Origin: an uncultured virus (IMG/VR IMGVR_UViG_3300009157_000004)
Lineage: Duplodnaviria > Heunggongvirae > Uroviricota > Caudoviricetes
IMG/VR virus record: IMGVR_UViG_3300009157_000004
DNA: 64,000 bases
Direction: 5' to 3' (one strand)
Part shown: positions 9,588 through 20,045 of the stretch, in pieces
Position numbering within the stretch: the stretch's first letter is position 1
How the letters are laid out: the number at the start of each line of letters is the position of its first letter
The notes under the pieces: generated by a model
The model's input: only the letters and a program-made list of their open reading frames with translations
Databases searched by the model: none
What the model was told of the DNA's origin: nothing
Translations under genes and position numbers: made by a program

Positions 9588-10964
9588 ATGGCAGTAGCAT
9601 TCACGAATAAACCAGAACTCGCAGGGACAGAAGCAGCGCCCGGGGTCGTGTATCAGTATGTAGACGCATCAAAGCCGGTAGAGGCTGCGACTCAGATAGG
9701 CGCTGAGACAGTGGGAGGGGTGATTAATAAGCCCTTGTCAACTGAGGATACTGCGCAGTTTACAAAGTTCGGACCCAGGCCAGCTGAGACTGTAAATGCG
9801 CCTGTAACCGCACCTGTATCCGAGCCTCTGCCTGCAACCGATACGTCTAAGATAACATACGGGCCACACAAAGCGTATGTTGAGGCCCAAGATGCACAGA
9901 GAACAGAGGCGGCTGCCACGTCTCAGGCTACACTTCCGAAGCAAATGCCTGTTAATGCGTATGTAATCAAGGGTACAGCTGAAGAGCGGCAGGGATTCGA
10001 GCAGCAGATACTTAACGATGTTTTTGACGGAATTAATCCGCATATGGTAGATACCGAGGTGGTTGTCCAGAAGAAAGTCCAAGACGCGATCCCGGCTGAG
10101 TTCGAAAGATTCTTCAAAGGCAGCGTGCGCTGGCAGAGCCGGGAGCAGTTAGATCCCGAGCAGCAGAAACAGTGGAATAAACACTATCTCGCCTGGGAAG
10201 CGAAGAAGGCCAAGAAGGTCGAGGATGATTTCAAAGGGCTCACGACTAAATACGATTATCTGATGGGCGAATATGATAAGCAGGCGACAGTGGCGGTGGC
10301 GGCGTCTAAAACACAAAAAGAGGCGGACGCTGCGAAACAGAAAGCGCCAGATACCAAAGATATTCTTAATACGGAGACTGGAGATACAGAACTTGGATAT
10401 TATAATCCGGAAACTGGACTCTATGAAAGTAAAGGTCAGGTTACTAAAAAGGGAACTGTAGCCAAGACCCCGACTGTATCAGAAATAAAAACAGTTGAGG
10501 AGGCTACTACCAAACTGTTTACTGAAAAGGCTAATTCTGAAACAGGACAGGTGCCCGAATCGGATCTGGAAGCTATCAATTTAATGCGTACTAAGATTGG
10601 GTTACAACCTTACCGGGAAGTTATCAAAGCCGAACCCGTCAAAGAAGGTTTTATGGGGAGGTATCTCCCAAGGGGGGTGGAAGGTAAGATCAAACAAACG
10701 TATACATACGAGAAGTTGCCTAAAAAGGAAACTAAAGCGGCGACCCCGCAAGCTACCCCGCAAGCTGCGGCGACCACCACTCCAACACAAGATCAAGGTA
10801 TGCAGCTCTCAATTATCGGGACTGCCAAAGATAAAGCTGGGGCGCAGGTTTCAATCGGAGAAGGTCCGGACGGTAAGATTTATTGGGTCGATGCTCAGGG
10901 CAATGGTGGCGAAATAGCAGGCGCAACGAGAGAAAGCTTCTTAGGAGGCAAAGGGACTAAATAA
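9588..10964 (+). CDS. putative internal virion / ejection protein
   Basis: 458 aa, AAGGAG RBS, low-complexity helical content, precedes giant protein. Confidence 0.5.
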   Translation: MAVAFTNKPELAGTEAAPGVVYQYVDASKPVEAATQIGAETVGGVINKPLSTEDTAQFTKFGPRPAETVNAPVTAPVSEPLPATDTSKITYGPHKAYVEAQDAQRTEAAATSQATLPKQMPVNAYVIKGTAEERQGFEQQILNDVFDGINPHMVDTEVVVQKKVQDAIPAEFERFFKGSVRWQSREQLDPEQQKQWNKHYLAWEAKKAKKVEDDFKGLTTKYDYLMGEYDKQATVAVAASKTQKEADAAKQKAPDTKDILNTETGDTELGYYNPETGLYESKGQVTKKGTVAKTPTVSEIKTVEEATTKLFTEKANSETGQVPESDLEAINLMRTKIGLQPYREVIKAEPVKEGFMGRYLPRGVEGKIKQTYTYEKLPKKETKAATPQATPQAAATTTPTQDQGMQLSIIGTAKDKAGAQVSIGEGPDGKIYWVDAQGNGGEIAGATRESFLGGKGTK

Positions 10965-13900
10965 TGGATCTTAAAGATCTTACAGATTTTAAGTTAGCCG
11001 GTAATCAGGCACCCGTTACGGATTTCGCAGAATTCACCCCTACGCAGGCAGAGGCTCCAAAGGTAGTTGACTTCTCGGAGTTTACTCCGGTAGTAACCTC
11101 TGAACCCGTGAAGCCTAAAACATTCGGGGAGAAGGTTAAGACTGCGGCAACGAATATCCCCAAGGCTATTTCGCAGGGGGCCAAACAGATTGCGACTGGG
11201 GCAGCGGTTACACTCGAACAGTTTCCGCAGCTTCTCGATCCGAGATACGCTACCCCCCCAACCGCAGCTGGGATGACAGCGCTCAAGACCCTACCCAGTT
11301 TCGAAGAGCTTGGTGGTTCTGCTGAGAAGACTACAGAGACTATTCTCAAGAATGTCGCTAAACTCCCCGAGGTTACAGAACAGGGATTTGAGAAGGGACC
11401 GATGGCAGTTGCCGAGAAGACCGCAACCAGTCTTGCGCAGTCCGGGATTCCTATGGCAGCTTATATGGTTCCGGGAGCCGGGCCGCTATTAAGTGTTGCG
11501 ACAATCTATGCACAGTTAAAAGGGGCCAAATACGACGAGTTGACTAAACAAGGTATTGATAAGGAGACAGCTGCCCGATCTGGAGATATCGCTGCTCTTA
11601 TGGGTACACCTGTGGAGTTTCTCGGTAATTTGCTCCAGTTCAAAGGGGCCTCGACAGCGTTTAAAGCTATTACGTCTAAAGCCAAAATCGGAGATAAAGT
11701 CTCGCAGGTTCTCTATGCTCTTGGGATGGGCGGGGCAGGCGAAGGCAGTGAGGAATTGGTTCAGGCATATACCGATGCTATTGCAACTGCTTACGGCGAG
11801 AACGCAGATAAGACTCCTAAAGAGATTGCAGCTGCAACCTGGAACAAAGTCAGGACCTCTGCACAATTTAAGAACGCGCTTATTCAAGGTGGATATGGAG
11901 CACTTGCCGGCATGTTTATACCCGGTATCGCAATGACTGTAGGAGCGGCCAAGAACACGTTTACTGCGAAGGTTCCTGCTCCTGAAACGGTTACTAAATT
12001 CAAAACCGCACTCCGTGATTCGATTGCGAAAGATCCCGAATTGACAAAAGGGCTTGAAGGATACCGCGATACCCTGACAAAGAAATCTGATAGAGTATTC
12101 AAACAGGCTGTAGACGAGGTAATCACTGAGGTTAAGAAGGCCCAAGTTCAGCAGCTGACTACGGTCTTGAAAACTAAAGTGGATTATGTTAACCCTACGC
12201 TTTATATTAAGAATATCTCGACGATTCAACGTGAGCCTGGTGCGACAATCTCAGGCGAGACTAAGCCTGCCGCTGCCGGAGCCCCGAAGACTGCCGAACA
12301 GTTAGGCACGACAACAGAACCGTCTGCTGAGACAAGTGGCACGCTACCTCAAACTGCGACAGAGTATAAGACTGCTGGGCCGCAACCTCCTGTGGTTACT
12401 GAAGATGGAGGGAAGGTAACGTATTCAAAGACCCCGGCTAAGAACGTGACAAATAAGCCGTCCGGACCGGTCTATCAAGCTGACTGGATGACAAAAGGGG
12501 AGATAGAGACAATCGGCGAAGAGTCATTCCAGCGTAAAGATAAAGCACTTACTTCTCGTCAGTTAAGTCTTCTGAGCTCAGTAGAACCTGACGGAAAGAT
12601 TAATTCCAAGAATGTTGGAGGAAGACTTTCTAGTGGGGCCAAGAATAGTGAAGCTTTACGCGAACTCGAAAAGCTAGGACTGGTCGAATTCCATGAGTCT
12701 AAATTACGCCCAGATGGTCAAGACTGGAGAGGTTTTTGGATTACGGAAGAGGGTAAGTCATATCTAGGTCAATCTAAACAGACAGCTCTAGGGGAGGAAT
12801 CGTTCCAGCTCAAGAAGGGCGACGAGATACTCCCCAATATTGAGTATGACGGCACCTGGGAAGAGACGGGTATTCACCAATTCACGATCAAGGGTACAGG
12901 CACCAAGGCAGACGGGATTACATTCGCTACAAAGGATACTGACCCGCAGACTGTATTAGACGCTGCGAATAAAAAGAGGAAGGAGTTTGGAATCGAGGTT
13001 ACTGGTAAGGAACTTGGTGGACCTCCTCCATCTGAAACCGCAGCAGTAAAACCCTCCCCGCTTTCCAAAGTCCGCTCTACCCAAGTCGAGATGACCAATA
13101 ACCCCGATATCGGGGGCAGTACATTCTCCGGCAAGGGCGAAGATATGGGCGGCAAACCCTATTACGCTGTTGCCATCCTTCCCGAATTCGGTAAAGTCTA
13201 CAAGGGACTAAAAGTAACTCAAAAACAGATTGATGATTTCTGGGCCACACACGCGGACGCACTCAAGCGTTATCCTGAGCTTAATGTGGGCACCTGGAAT
13301 GATAAGGCCAATGGAGTAATCCATTTAGACCTCACTATCGCTGTGTCTAAAGCAAATCAGGATGTCGCGATCAGCCTGGCCAAAGAACATAACCAGAAAG
13401 CGATTACCGATCTGGAGACGTTTGATGAGATCAAGACTGGGGGGACCGGAGACGCTAGGGGGTTTACGCAGTCTCTGGATGACGCGATCTGGAATTACAG
13501 AGATTCGATAAAGGGTCAGCTGGGAGGGGAGGCGTATCAACTCAAAGCTGAGACGACTACACCAGAATTTAAGAAGTGGTTCAAGGGGTCGAAGGTAGTT
13601 GATGAGAAGGATGAGCCGCTGGTGGTATATCACGGAACTAAATCCAAAACTGATTTTGAGGTATTTGACGCGAAACGCTCTGATCTTGGATTTCATTTTG
13701 GAACACAGTTACATGCACACTCCTTTGTAGATTATGGTTACAATTCTCGGATCATACCTGCGTATCTATCTTTAATTAAACCTCTAAGATTAGAGGACTA
13801 TGGTAGATGGGATGCGGCTGCTGTTATTCCTCAATTAATCGATAGAGGTATAATTAGTGCAGCAGAATGGGATAGAGTGGTTGTCGATTCCGAAGAGTGG

Positions 13901-16900
13901 AGTAATTCTAAAAATGACGCTGCGGTAAGAAAAATCTTGAAAGATAAAGGTTATGATGGCATAATCTATTTAAACAGGCGCGAAGGTTTAGATTCTTCGG
14001 TTCAAAGTTCGAGATATGATTATATTTCCGATACTGAATTCAGGGAAGTTTTCCCAGAAGCTGAAGACTCTTATATAGCTTTCTCTCCCGAACAGATCAA
14101 ATCTGTCTACAATCGCGGCACCTGGAACCCAGAAGACGCGCGGATCTCTTATCAGCGTAAACCCGGTCTGCCTCCCGAAGCTCTTGCTACTGAATTCCTC
14201 AACCGTTCTGCGGCTGCCGAGACTGAGATCAAATCAGTGCTCAAGAAGATGAACGCACCCGAAGAATACTCTGACCGCCTCTTCGTCCAGCTCCAGGCGT
14301 TTATTGACGAGAGGTCTAATGCCGCCCAAAGCGAATCTGAATGGTTCGATCTCTTGGGCGAAGAAGGTTACAAACAGAGTAAGATCGTAGGCTCGAACAC
14401 CCCCGCGCGTAAGGATGGAGTCGCAGGATCACTGATCAAACTCGCACTGTTTGCCCAGAACCCTAGTGGATACCGAGATACGATAGTCCACGAGTTAATC
14501 GAAACTCAGATCCGAGCTGGAGCGTTATCCGATTCCGATATGACCTTACTCAACGAGAAGTTCGGAGGCAACCGTGAACGCATTACTCAGTCTGCTACTG
14601 ATTTCTTCCTCAAAACAGAACGTGCTAAATCTCTGCCTAATTCGATCCGTGCCGTGTGGAGCAGATTCTGGAATATGGTGGAGGGCGTATTCAACGGTAT
14701 TCGCAGCTCAGTCAAGGGTAAGGGTTGGGATGATCGTACTGCGAATGATGCGATAAGAGATCTCGTTGAAGGTAAGTTCCAGGGCAGGGCCGCAGAGAAT
14801 ATGGCCAAACAGGACCGGTCACAGTTTGTGACACCTTCCGAGGCGGGTTATGTACTTGCTGGGGGTAAGGCCCAGGGTGCGCCGACTGACAGACTCTATA
14901 CCGCCGCATTGATGGACGCTGCCAAACAGAGCAAAGACGAGATCTGGAAATCTACAGGCTGGATCAAGGGTGTAGATGGTAAATGGAGATTCGAGTTAGA
15001 CGACAGCCAGGCGGTACTAGACACGAGTTGGATGGGACCCAAGGCCGGACAGACACCACGAGGTACGAATCTCGAGAATGTGCTCCAGTATACACAACTG
15101 TTTACTTCGTATCCTTGGCTGCGAGGATTACCTGTAAATGTGGATATTGATCCGACGAATAGGCTCAAGGGATCTTTCGTCAAGTCTGGTTCTAAGAAAG
15201 GTGTCAATATCTCCGCCCCGACTGTAGAAGAAGCCAAAGCTGGAGTGTTTCACGAGGTCCAACATGCAATACAGGAATATGAGAACTTTGCGCGGGGAGC
15301 TTCGACTACGATGTATATGGACGAGGCCGCAGTAGAAATCAGTAAACTATTTAAGCCCAAATCTTTCAAGGAGGTAGAAGGTCTCGTAGGTGCCAGGGCA
15401 GAACAGATGTATGTTAATACTGCTGGTGAAGCCGAAGCCCGTGAAGTATTCAACCGTACAAACATGACTGCGGAACAGCGTGCTGCAACTCCCCCAGGCT
15501 ATGACGGTATCGCCGAATCAGATCTTATCATCCGTGGTATCGACCAGGAATCTTATCAGCTCCGGACTGACTCTCAAACTGTATTCGATGATTTACTTAA
15601 ACAAGCCAAGGAGACTAGCAAGACCGACGAGATTACGGGTAAGGACGACATAGAGGAGATCGTCACCAAGCGATTCGCGGAGTTACAGGAAGCTGCACTT
15701 ACCCCAGCTGATAACGCACTCGATAAGGCCGCAACTGAATTCGTCAAGACTGGGGATCTCAACGCCTATTTCGATAAGATGCCGAATATGGGCGATCTGA
15801 ACCCTGAAGACATCTTCAAATACGATCCCAAGGCCCAGTCAATGATCGCGAATATTATTGGTGAGGATGGCAAGATTAAACCCGCGATACGTAAATCAGG
15901 ATTCTATGCTGTAGATGAATACGCGCAGGCGATGAGCAAGGCCGAGGATATCGGAGATCTGGCCAACATGTATACCGACCCTGACCGCTTATTCGAACAG
16001 ATGGATGGTGGTAAGGCTGGGGGTGTCAACCAGAAGTATATCCTCGGTCCCTCTAACATGAACACCCGGGCGCGTATGGTCTGGGAGGATCAGCAGACAG
16101 GTCAAGTGCATGATATCGTCGAGAAGTATAATCTCAGCAATGGCAAGAAGCGTAAAGCAGTTGGGCAGATAATCGAATCCGTCACCGGCAATAATGCCTG
16201 GGCCAAAGAGACTGACAAGATCCTCGAACTCAAACCTGTCCAAGAAGCACTCAAGGGATTCGACAAAGATACCCAGATCGAGCTCGTCAACTCCGCATTC
16301 GATTTCCGTAAGCTGTTACAGAGATGGAGAGATAACCAGAACCATGCGAGGAAACTCAGAAAGCAGAATGAGATCAAATACATAGTAGGCTACTTGCCAG
16401 CGATTCGTGAATCTAACGTCTGGGCACGTCTGCTCGGCGAACAGTTTACAGCAAAGACTCTCCCGATGATGCCCGATTTTATCACACCCAACCAGCCATT
16501 TAACGCACGCGCGATGGCAAGGAAGGGTGGGCTTGATCCGATGCTGCGCGAGTGGGATATCGTTAAATTATTACTCGATTATAAGACAACTGCCAGCAAG
16601 GATATATTCGATACGAACACGATCCACAATAATAAGATCCACGCCGCGGTATTGGAGAACCTGGGCCTTAAGAACTCAGCAGATTTCGTTTATCAGTGGA
16701 CATCTGAATACTTCGCGGGATCTCCTGGGCGTCTCGAGAAAGCGCTTAATAAGGTTATTCCGAAGGTAGTCACGAATACCGCCTCCTGGCTCAAACGTGG
16801 TATCACTATGTCAGCGTTTTCGATGAACCCTGCGTGGAACTTGCAGCAGCTTACGAGCGTAATAATGACAGCGGCGAGGTATCCAATCAAGTCTAACCTA

Positions 16901-18022
16901 GCTGGGCTTAACTACTTCTATGACAAAGATCTGCACCGCGCGATTAAGCAGTATGGCTTCAGCAGCGTGATCAAGTCCCGTATCGGCGGAGGTGCGTACT
17001 ATCAAGATGTCAAGGATATCGTAGAAAGCAAGGTAAAACGCATAGATACGAGCTTTACAGATACCGCAGTCAAGTGGGCCAACTTGATGACCTCTGCTCT
17101 GGAAGACGCGCTTACCGGCCACGCGATTGCGACCGCATACCACGATGGCTATAATCGTTTAGGGCTAAGAGGCCGAGATCTTTGGGAATACGCCTCCGAG
17201 GGTGGATTCAAAACCCAGGGTGCTTTTCATAAAGGACGCTTACCGGGGCTTATTCGCGCAAAGCAGGTGGCCATGTTTGCCCCATTTATGAACTTTCCGT
17301 TTGAAGTGTTCAATACCCTGCGCGAGACGAATATCCCGGTAGTGCGCAAATTCCTCCCGGCTACAGGCCTGTACGAGGACATAGCGATGGACAGCACCAA
17401 AGGTAAGGCACTGATCAGTAACCGTATCGAGATCGTCACTAAGTTGATGATGGGTGCCCTGGTAGCGAATTATATTACGGAGAAGTTAACCGGTGTCAAA
17501 TCCTGGACCCTTTCGACGTTTATCCCGGGAATCGGCTATTTACTTGGAGGTATGCCAATCGTCGGCAAATGGGTTAATGAGTACAATCCGCGCTCGCCAA
17601 ACTACACTTTAGTCTACCGCGCGGCCAACGATCTGTTCCAAGGTGTTAAAAACGCTATAGAATACGGCTCGTATAAGAAACTCAGGAAATGGTTGTTTAC
17701 ATACGGCCATATCCCGGCAGGCCTCCAGATCGAGAAAACAACCCAGGCTATCGAAGCTATTTCAAAAGAGGGCAAAGTGACCGATGTTTCAGGCAAAACC
17801 GATTATACTATAGAACCCAAGGATTTCCCGGCAGCACTCATAACCGGGCCATACTGGGCACCTTCAGCGGTTCGACAGCGAGAAGAAGCAACACAAAAAT
17901 CAGAAGAAAAGAAAGCAGCACAGAAAGCAGCACAGAAAGCGGCAGAGAAGAATCCGTCTCAGGATTGGTCTCTTCGCGGATCGAAGTCTAAGTCCAGCTC
18001 TAACGCCTGGAAGAACTATTAA
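10964..18022 (+). CDS. giant polyvalent internal virion protein (wHTH-like, ART-PolyVal-like, degenerate zincin-like, LPD23-like modules)
   Basis: 2352 aa; TPEFKKWFKGSKVVD...VVYHGT...GYDGIIY...FSPEQIKS (ART-like, ~13555-14130); IWKSTGWIKGVDGKWRFELDD...HEVQHAIQ...GEAEAR (LPD23-like, ~14930-15530). Confidence 0.8.
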   Translation: MDLKDLTDFKLAGNQAPVTDFAEFTPTQAEAPKVVDFSEFTPVVTSEPVKPKTFGEKVKTAATNIPKAISQGAKQIATGAAVTLEQFPQLLDPRYATPPTAAGMTALKTLPSFEELGGSAEKTTETILKNVAKLPEVTEQGFEKGPMAVAEKTATSLAQSGIPMAAYMVPGAGPLLSVATIYAQLKGAKYDELTKQGIDKETAARSGDIAALMGTPVEFLGNLLQFKGASTAFKAITSKAKIGDKVSQVLYALGMGGAGEGSEELVQAYTDAIATAYGENADKTPKEIAAATWNKVRTSAQFKNALIQGGYGALAGMFIPGIAMTVGAAKNTFTAKVPAPETVTKFKTALRDSIAKDPELTKGLEGYRDTLTKKSDRVFKQAVDEVITEVKKAQVQQLTTVLKTKVDYVNPTLYIKNISTIQREPGATISGETKPAAAGAPKTAEQLGTTTEPSAETSGTLPQTATEYKTAGPQPPVVTEDGGKVTYSKTPAKNVTNKPSGPVYQADWMTKGEIETIGEESFQRKDKALTSRQLSLLSSVEPDGKINSKNVGGRLSSGAKNSEALRELEKLGLVEFHESKLRPDGQDWRGFWITEEGKSYLGQSKQTALGEESFQLKKGDEILPNIEYDGTWEETGIHQFTIKGTGTKADGITFATKDTDPQTVLDAANKKRKEFGIEVTGKELGGPPPSETAAVKPSPLSKVRSTQVEMTNNPDIGGSTFSGKGEDMGGKPYYAVAILPEFGKVYKGLKVTQKQIDDFWATHADALKRYPELNVGTWNDKANGVIHLDLTIAVSKANQDVAISLAKEHNQKAITDLETFDEIKTGGTGDARGFTQSLDDAIWNYRDSIKGQLGGEAYQLKAETTTPEFKKWFKGSKVVDEKDEPLVVYHGTKSKTDFEVFDAKRSDLGFHFGTQLHAHSFVDYGYNSRIIPAYLSLIKPLRLEDYGRWDAAAVIPQLIDRGIISAAEWDRVVVDSEEWSNSKNDAAVRKILKDKGYDGIIYLNRREGLDSSVQSSRYDYISDTEFREVFPEAEDSYIAFSPEQIKSVYNRGTWNPEDARISYQRKPGLPPEALATEFLNRSAAAETEIKSVLKKMNAPEEYSDRLFVQLQAFIDERSNAAQSESEWFDLLGEEGYKQSKIVGSNTPARKDGVAGSLIKLALFAQNPSGYRDTIVHELIETQIRAGALSDSDMTLLNEKFGGNRERITQSATDFFLKTERAKSLPNSIRAVWSRFWNMVEGVFNGIRSSVKGKGWDDRTANDAIRDLVEGKFQGRAAENMAKQDRSQFVTPSEAGYVLAGGKAQGAPTDRLYTAALMDAAKQSKDEIWKSTGWIKGVDGKWRFELDDSQAVLDTSWMGPKAGQTPRGTNLENVLQYTQLFTSYPWLRGLPVNVDIDPTNRLKGSFVKSGSKKGVNISAPTVEEAKAGVFHEVQHAIQEYENFARGASTTMYMDEAAVEISKLFKPKSFKEVEGLVGARAEQMYVNTAGEAEAREVFNRTNMTAEQRAATPPGYDGIAESDLIIRGIDQESYQLRTDSQTVFDDLLKQAKETSKTDEITGKDDIEEIVTKRFAELQEAALTPADNALDKAATEFVKTGDLNAYFDKMPNMGDLNPEDIFKYDPKAQSMIANIIGEDGKIKPAIRKSGFYAVDEYAQAMSKAEDIGDLANMYTDPDRLFEQMDGGKAGGVNQKYILGPSNMNTRARMVWEDQQTGQVHDIVEKYNLSNGKKRKAVGQIIESVTGNNAWAKETDKILELKPVQEALKGFDKDTQIELVNSAFDFRKLLQRWRDNQNHARKLRKQNEIKYIVGYLPAIRESNVWARLLGEQFTAKTLPMMPDFITPNQPFNARAMARKGGLDPMLREWDIVKLLLDYKTTASKDIFDTNTIHNNKIHAAVLENLGLKNSADFVYQWTSEYFAGSPGRLEKALNKVIPKVVTNTASWLKRGITMSAFSMNPAWNLQQLTSVIMTAARYPIKSNLAGLNYFYDKDLHRAIKQYGFSSVIKSRIGGGAYYQDVKDIVESKVKRIDTSFTDTAVKWANLMTSALEDALTGHAIATAYHDGYNRLGLRGRDLWEYASEGGFKTQGAFHKGRLPGLIRAKQVAMFAPFMNFPFEVFNTLRETNIPVVRKFLPATGLYEDIAMDSTKGKALISNRIEIVTKLMMGALVANYITEKLTGVKSWTLSTFIPGIGYLLGGMPIVGKWVNEYNPRSPNYTLVYRAANDLFQGVKNAIEYGSYKKLRKWLFTYGHIPAGLQIEKTTQAIEAISKEGKVTDVSGKTDYTIEPKDFPAALITGPYWAPSAVRQREEATQKSEEKKAAQKAAQKAAEKNPSQDWSLRGSKSKSSSNAWKNY
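17910..17950 (+). repeat. 12-bp tandem repeat encoding KAAQKAAQKAAE
   Basis: agaaagcagcac x2 plus a degenerate third unit. Confidence 0.7.
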
Positions 18023-18052
18023 TCTAATAACGAACTTATAAGGAGTATTAAA

Positions 18053-18649
18053 ATGGCAGAGATCGAAATAGACAGGTGGAATTTTAGCGGGGACGAGGAA
18101 TTCAATACCACGATAGGCAACAGTGCCGTATCAGATCAGTCGGCCAGTTACAGAGAAATCAAGTACGGGGTGACGCGGCTTACCTCTTCAGATCACGGGT
18201 ACAAGGTCAGTCCGGCTATCTATGGTCCCGAGCCTGGCAATCTGATCTTCGTCCAGGGCACAACAAACTATGAAGGGCTCCGGAAGATTGTCGCAGTCGG
18301 AACAGACACGCTGGACATTATCGCAAAGTTTGTTGCCGAGACCCCGGGCGGAACAGAGACACTGCGGCCCGGATTCAAATGCGATACTGATGTTAAATTT
18401 CTTGGATTTGAGCTGCATCTCGATTCTGCCTCTGCGACTGTGGAAGATCTCGAGATTCACGTTGACGCTGACCGTGGTGCCGCCTGGGATCGCAAACTTT
18501 ACGATCTGGCCATGAACGGGATCAAGGACTATATTGAAATATTTGATCCGCCTATTGTCATTCCGGCTAAAGATATCGTTTACTGCACATGGGCAAACAC
18601 CAACGACCGGCTCTGGGGTCTGACGCTGCTTACTCAGCGTTTGGCCTAA
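18053..18649 (+). CDS. hypothetical structural protein
   Basis: 198 aa, AAGGAG RBS, beta-rich. Confidence 0.65.
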   Translation: MAEIEIDRWNFSGDEEFNTTIGNSAVSDQSASYREIKYGVTRLTSSDHGYKVSPAIYGPEPGNLIFVQGTTNYEGLRKIVAVGTDTLDIIAKFVAETPGGTETLRPGFKCDTDVKFLGFELHLDSASATVEDLEIHVDADRGAAWDRKLYDLAMNGIKDYIEIFDPPIVIPAKDIVYCTWANTNDRLWGLTLLTQRLA

Positions 18650-18662
18650 TCGGAGGTATAAT

Positions 18663-20042
18663 ATGAAAAAGCTATTAATCGCAATAAGTATACTCTGTGC
18701 AGTCCTGTTTGCGAATCCAGGCTATGCACTTACCTTATCAGATGGTAAGCCAATCGAAGCTGCGGCTATTGACGACACCAAGGGCAATGGCGATGTAAAT
18801 AATACTTGGAGTGCGGATAAGATCTATGATGAGATAGCGGCGAAGGTTGGTGCGGCTTCTCCTGCCCTAACCGGAGATCCCACAATAACCGATGCAACGC
18901 CTACGCTGTCATTGCAGGACTCTGACAATGCCGCCGGTACTGCTGCGCTCAATGCCAATAGTTCAGGCGGGGCGAATGATGTTATCCTATCTGTCGGTGT
19001 CGAGGACTCCACAGGTGCGAGTACACCTTATGTAGAGATTGATGGCGTAAGCGAAACTGTTGACCTGCTTAAACCTGTCGTCTTAACAGGTGACATCACA
19101 GTAGGCGGTGGCGACATCCTGACCGGCAACATAGCCCTGAGGATTGGAGACAGCACGACTGACTCAATAACGCTGAACGGTGAATCCGAAACCTTGCTAT
19201 TCACCCCTACGGCTGACGTATGGACACTATCAAGCACGACAGGAGCAGCGACAGTTGTAGGACTGGCTTCTTACTCATTGGGTGCAGCAGGGGTTAAATT
19301 GACAGGTGACGGCGATGGGGCTATTACATTCTTAGGGCTTGGTGACGGCTCAGATGAGGCCCTTACGCTTAACCTTGACGATACAAGCAACACAGCGGTA
19401 GTAAGCTCAACGACTGGTGTGGACAGACTTACCTTGACAGGCATGAATTTGACAGTAGGTGCTTTAACCACAGCGGGGGCGTTATTCACGGATACATCGG
19501 GGAATATAACAAGTTCAAATACGCTTACTCTTAGTGGAATAACTGATGTACCTATCAATAATAGTGGGTCAACGCTTGAGTTACCGAATGCGGCAGATCC
19601 TACAACAGACACAGCTGGAGAAGTAGCAGTTGATTCCTCCGCAGCCCCAGGATCTGGAATTAGATTCTATGGAGATGCTGCTTATACTTTAGCAGGGACT
19701 TATTCAAAGTCTTTTGTGATTACCACGCCTGTCGCTGGATCTGATTATCCTATTTGGTGTTCTCCCTATGCAATTACAATTAAGCATGTCAGGGTTCAGT
19801 GTTTAGGTGGGACAAATATAATAGGTCAGTTATCTGAGTGCGATGCAGAAGGAATAAACTGTGCTGTTGTAGATTCTGCTGATATTACCGCAACCGCAAA
19901 TAACAGTGTGGATGATGATGGGACGCTTTCAAATTCATCTATTGACGCTCTTGATTATGTGGGATGGCTCACAACTTCCATAGATGGAACGCCTACAAGC
20001 GTAACAATCACTTTTGATTACATTATCAATCAAGTTAATTAA
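18663..20042 (+). CDS. signal-peptide protein with fibre-like Thr/Gly/Asp-rich body
   Basis: MKKLLIAISILCAVLFANPGYA leader; 459 aa. Confidence 0.65.
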   Translation: MKKLLIAISILCAVLFANPGYALTLSDGKPIEAAAIDDTKGNGDVNNTWSADKIYDEIAAKVGAASPALTGDPTITDATPTLSLQDSDNAAGTAALNANSSGGANDVILSVGVEDSTGASTPYVEIDGVSETVDLLKPVVLTGDITVGGGDILTGNIALRIGDSTTDSITLNGESETLLFTPTADVWTLSSTTGAATVVGLASYSLGAAGVKLTGDGDGAITFLGLGDGSDEALTLNLDDTSNTAVVSSTTGVDRLTLTGMNLTVGALTTAGALFTDTSGNITSSNTLTLSGITDVPINNSGSTLELPNAADPTTDTAGEVAVDSSAAPGSGIRFYGDAAYTLAGTYSKSFVITTPVAGSDYPIWCSPYAITIKHVRVQCLGGTNIIGQLSECDAEGINCAVVDSADITATANNSVDDDGTLSNSSIDALDYVGWLTTSIDGTPTSVTITFDYIINQVN

Positions 20043-20045
20043 GGG

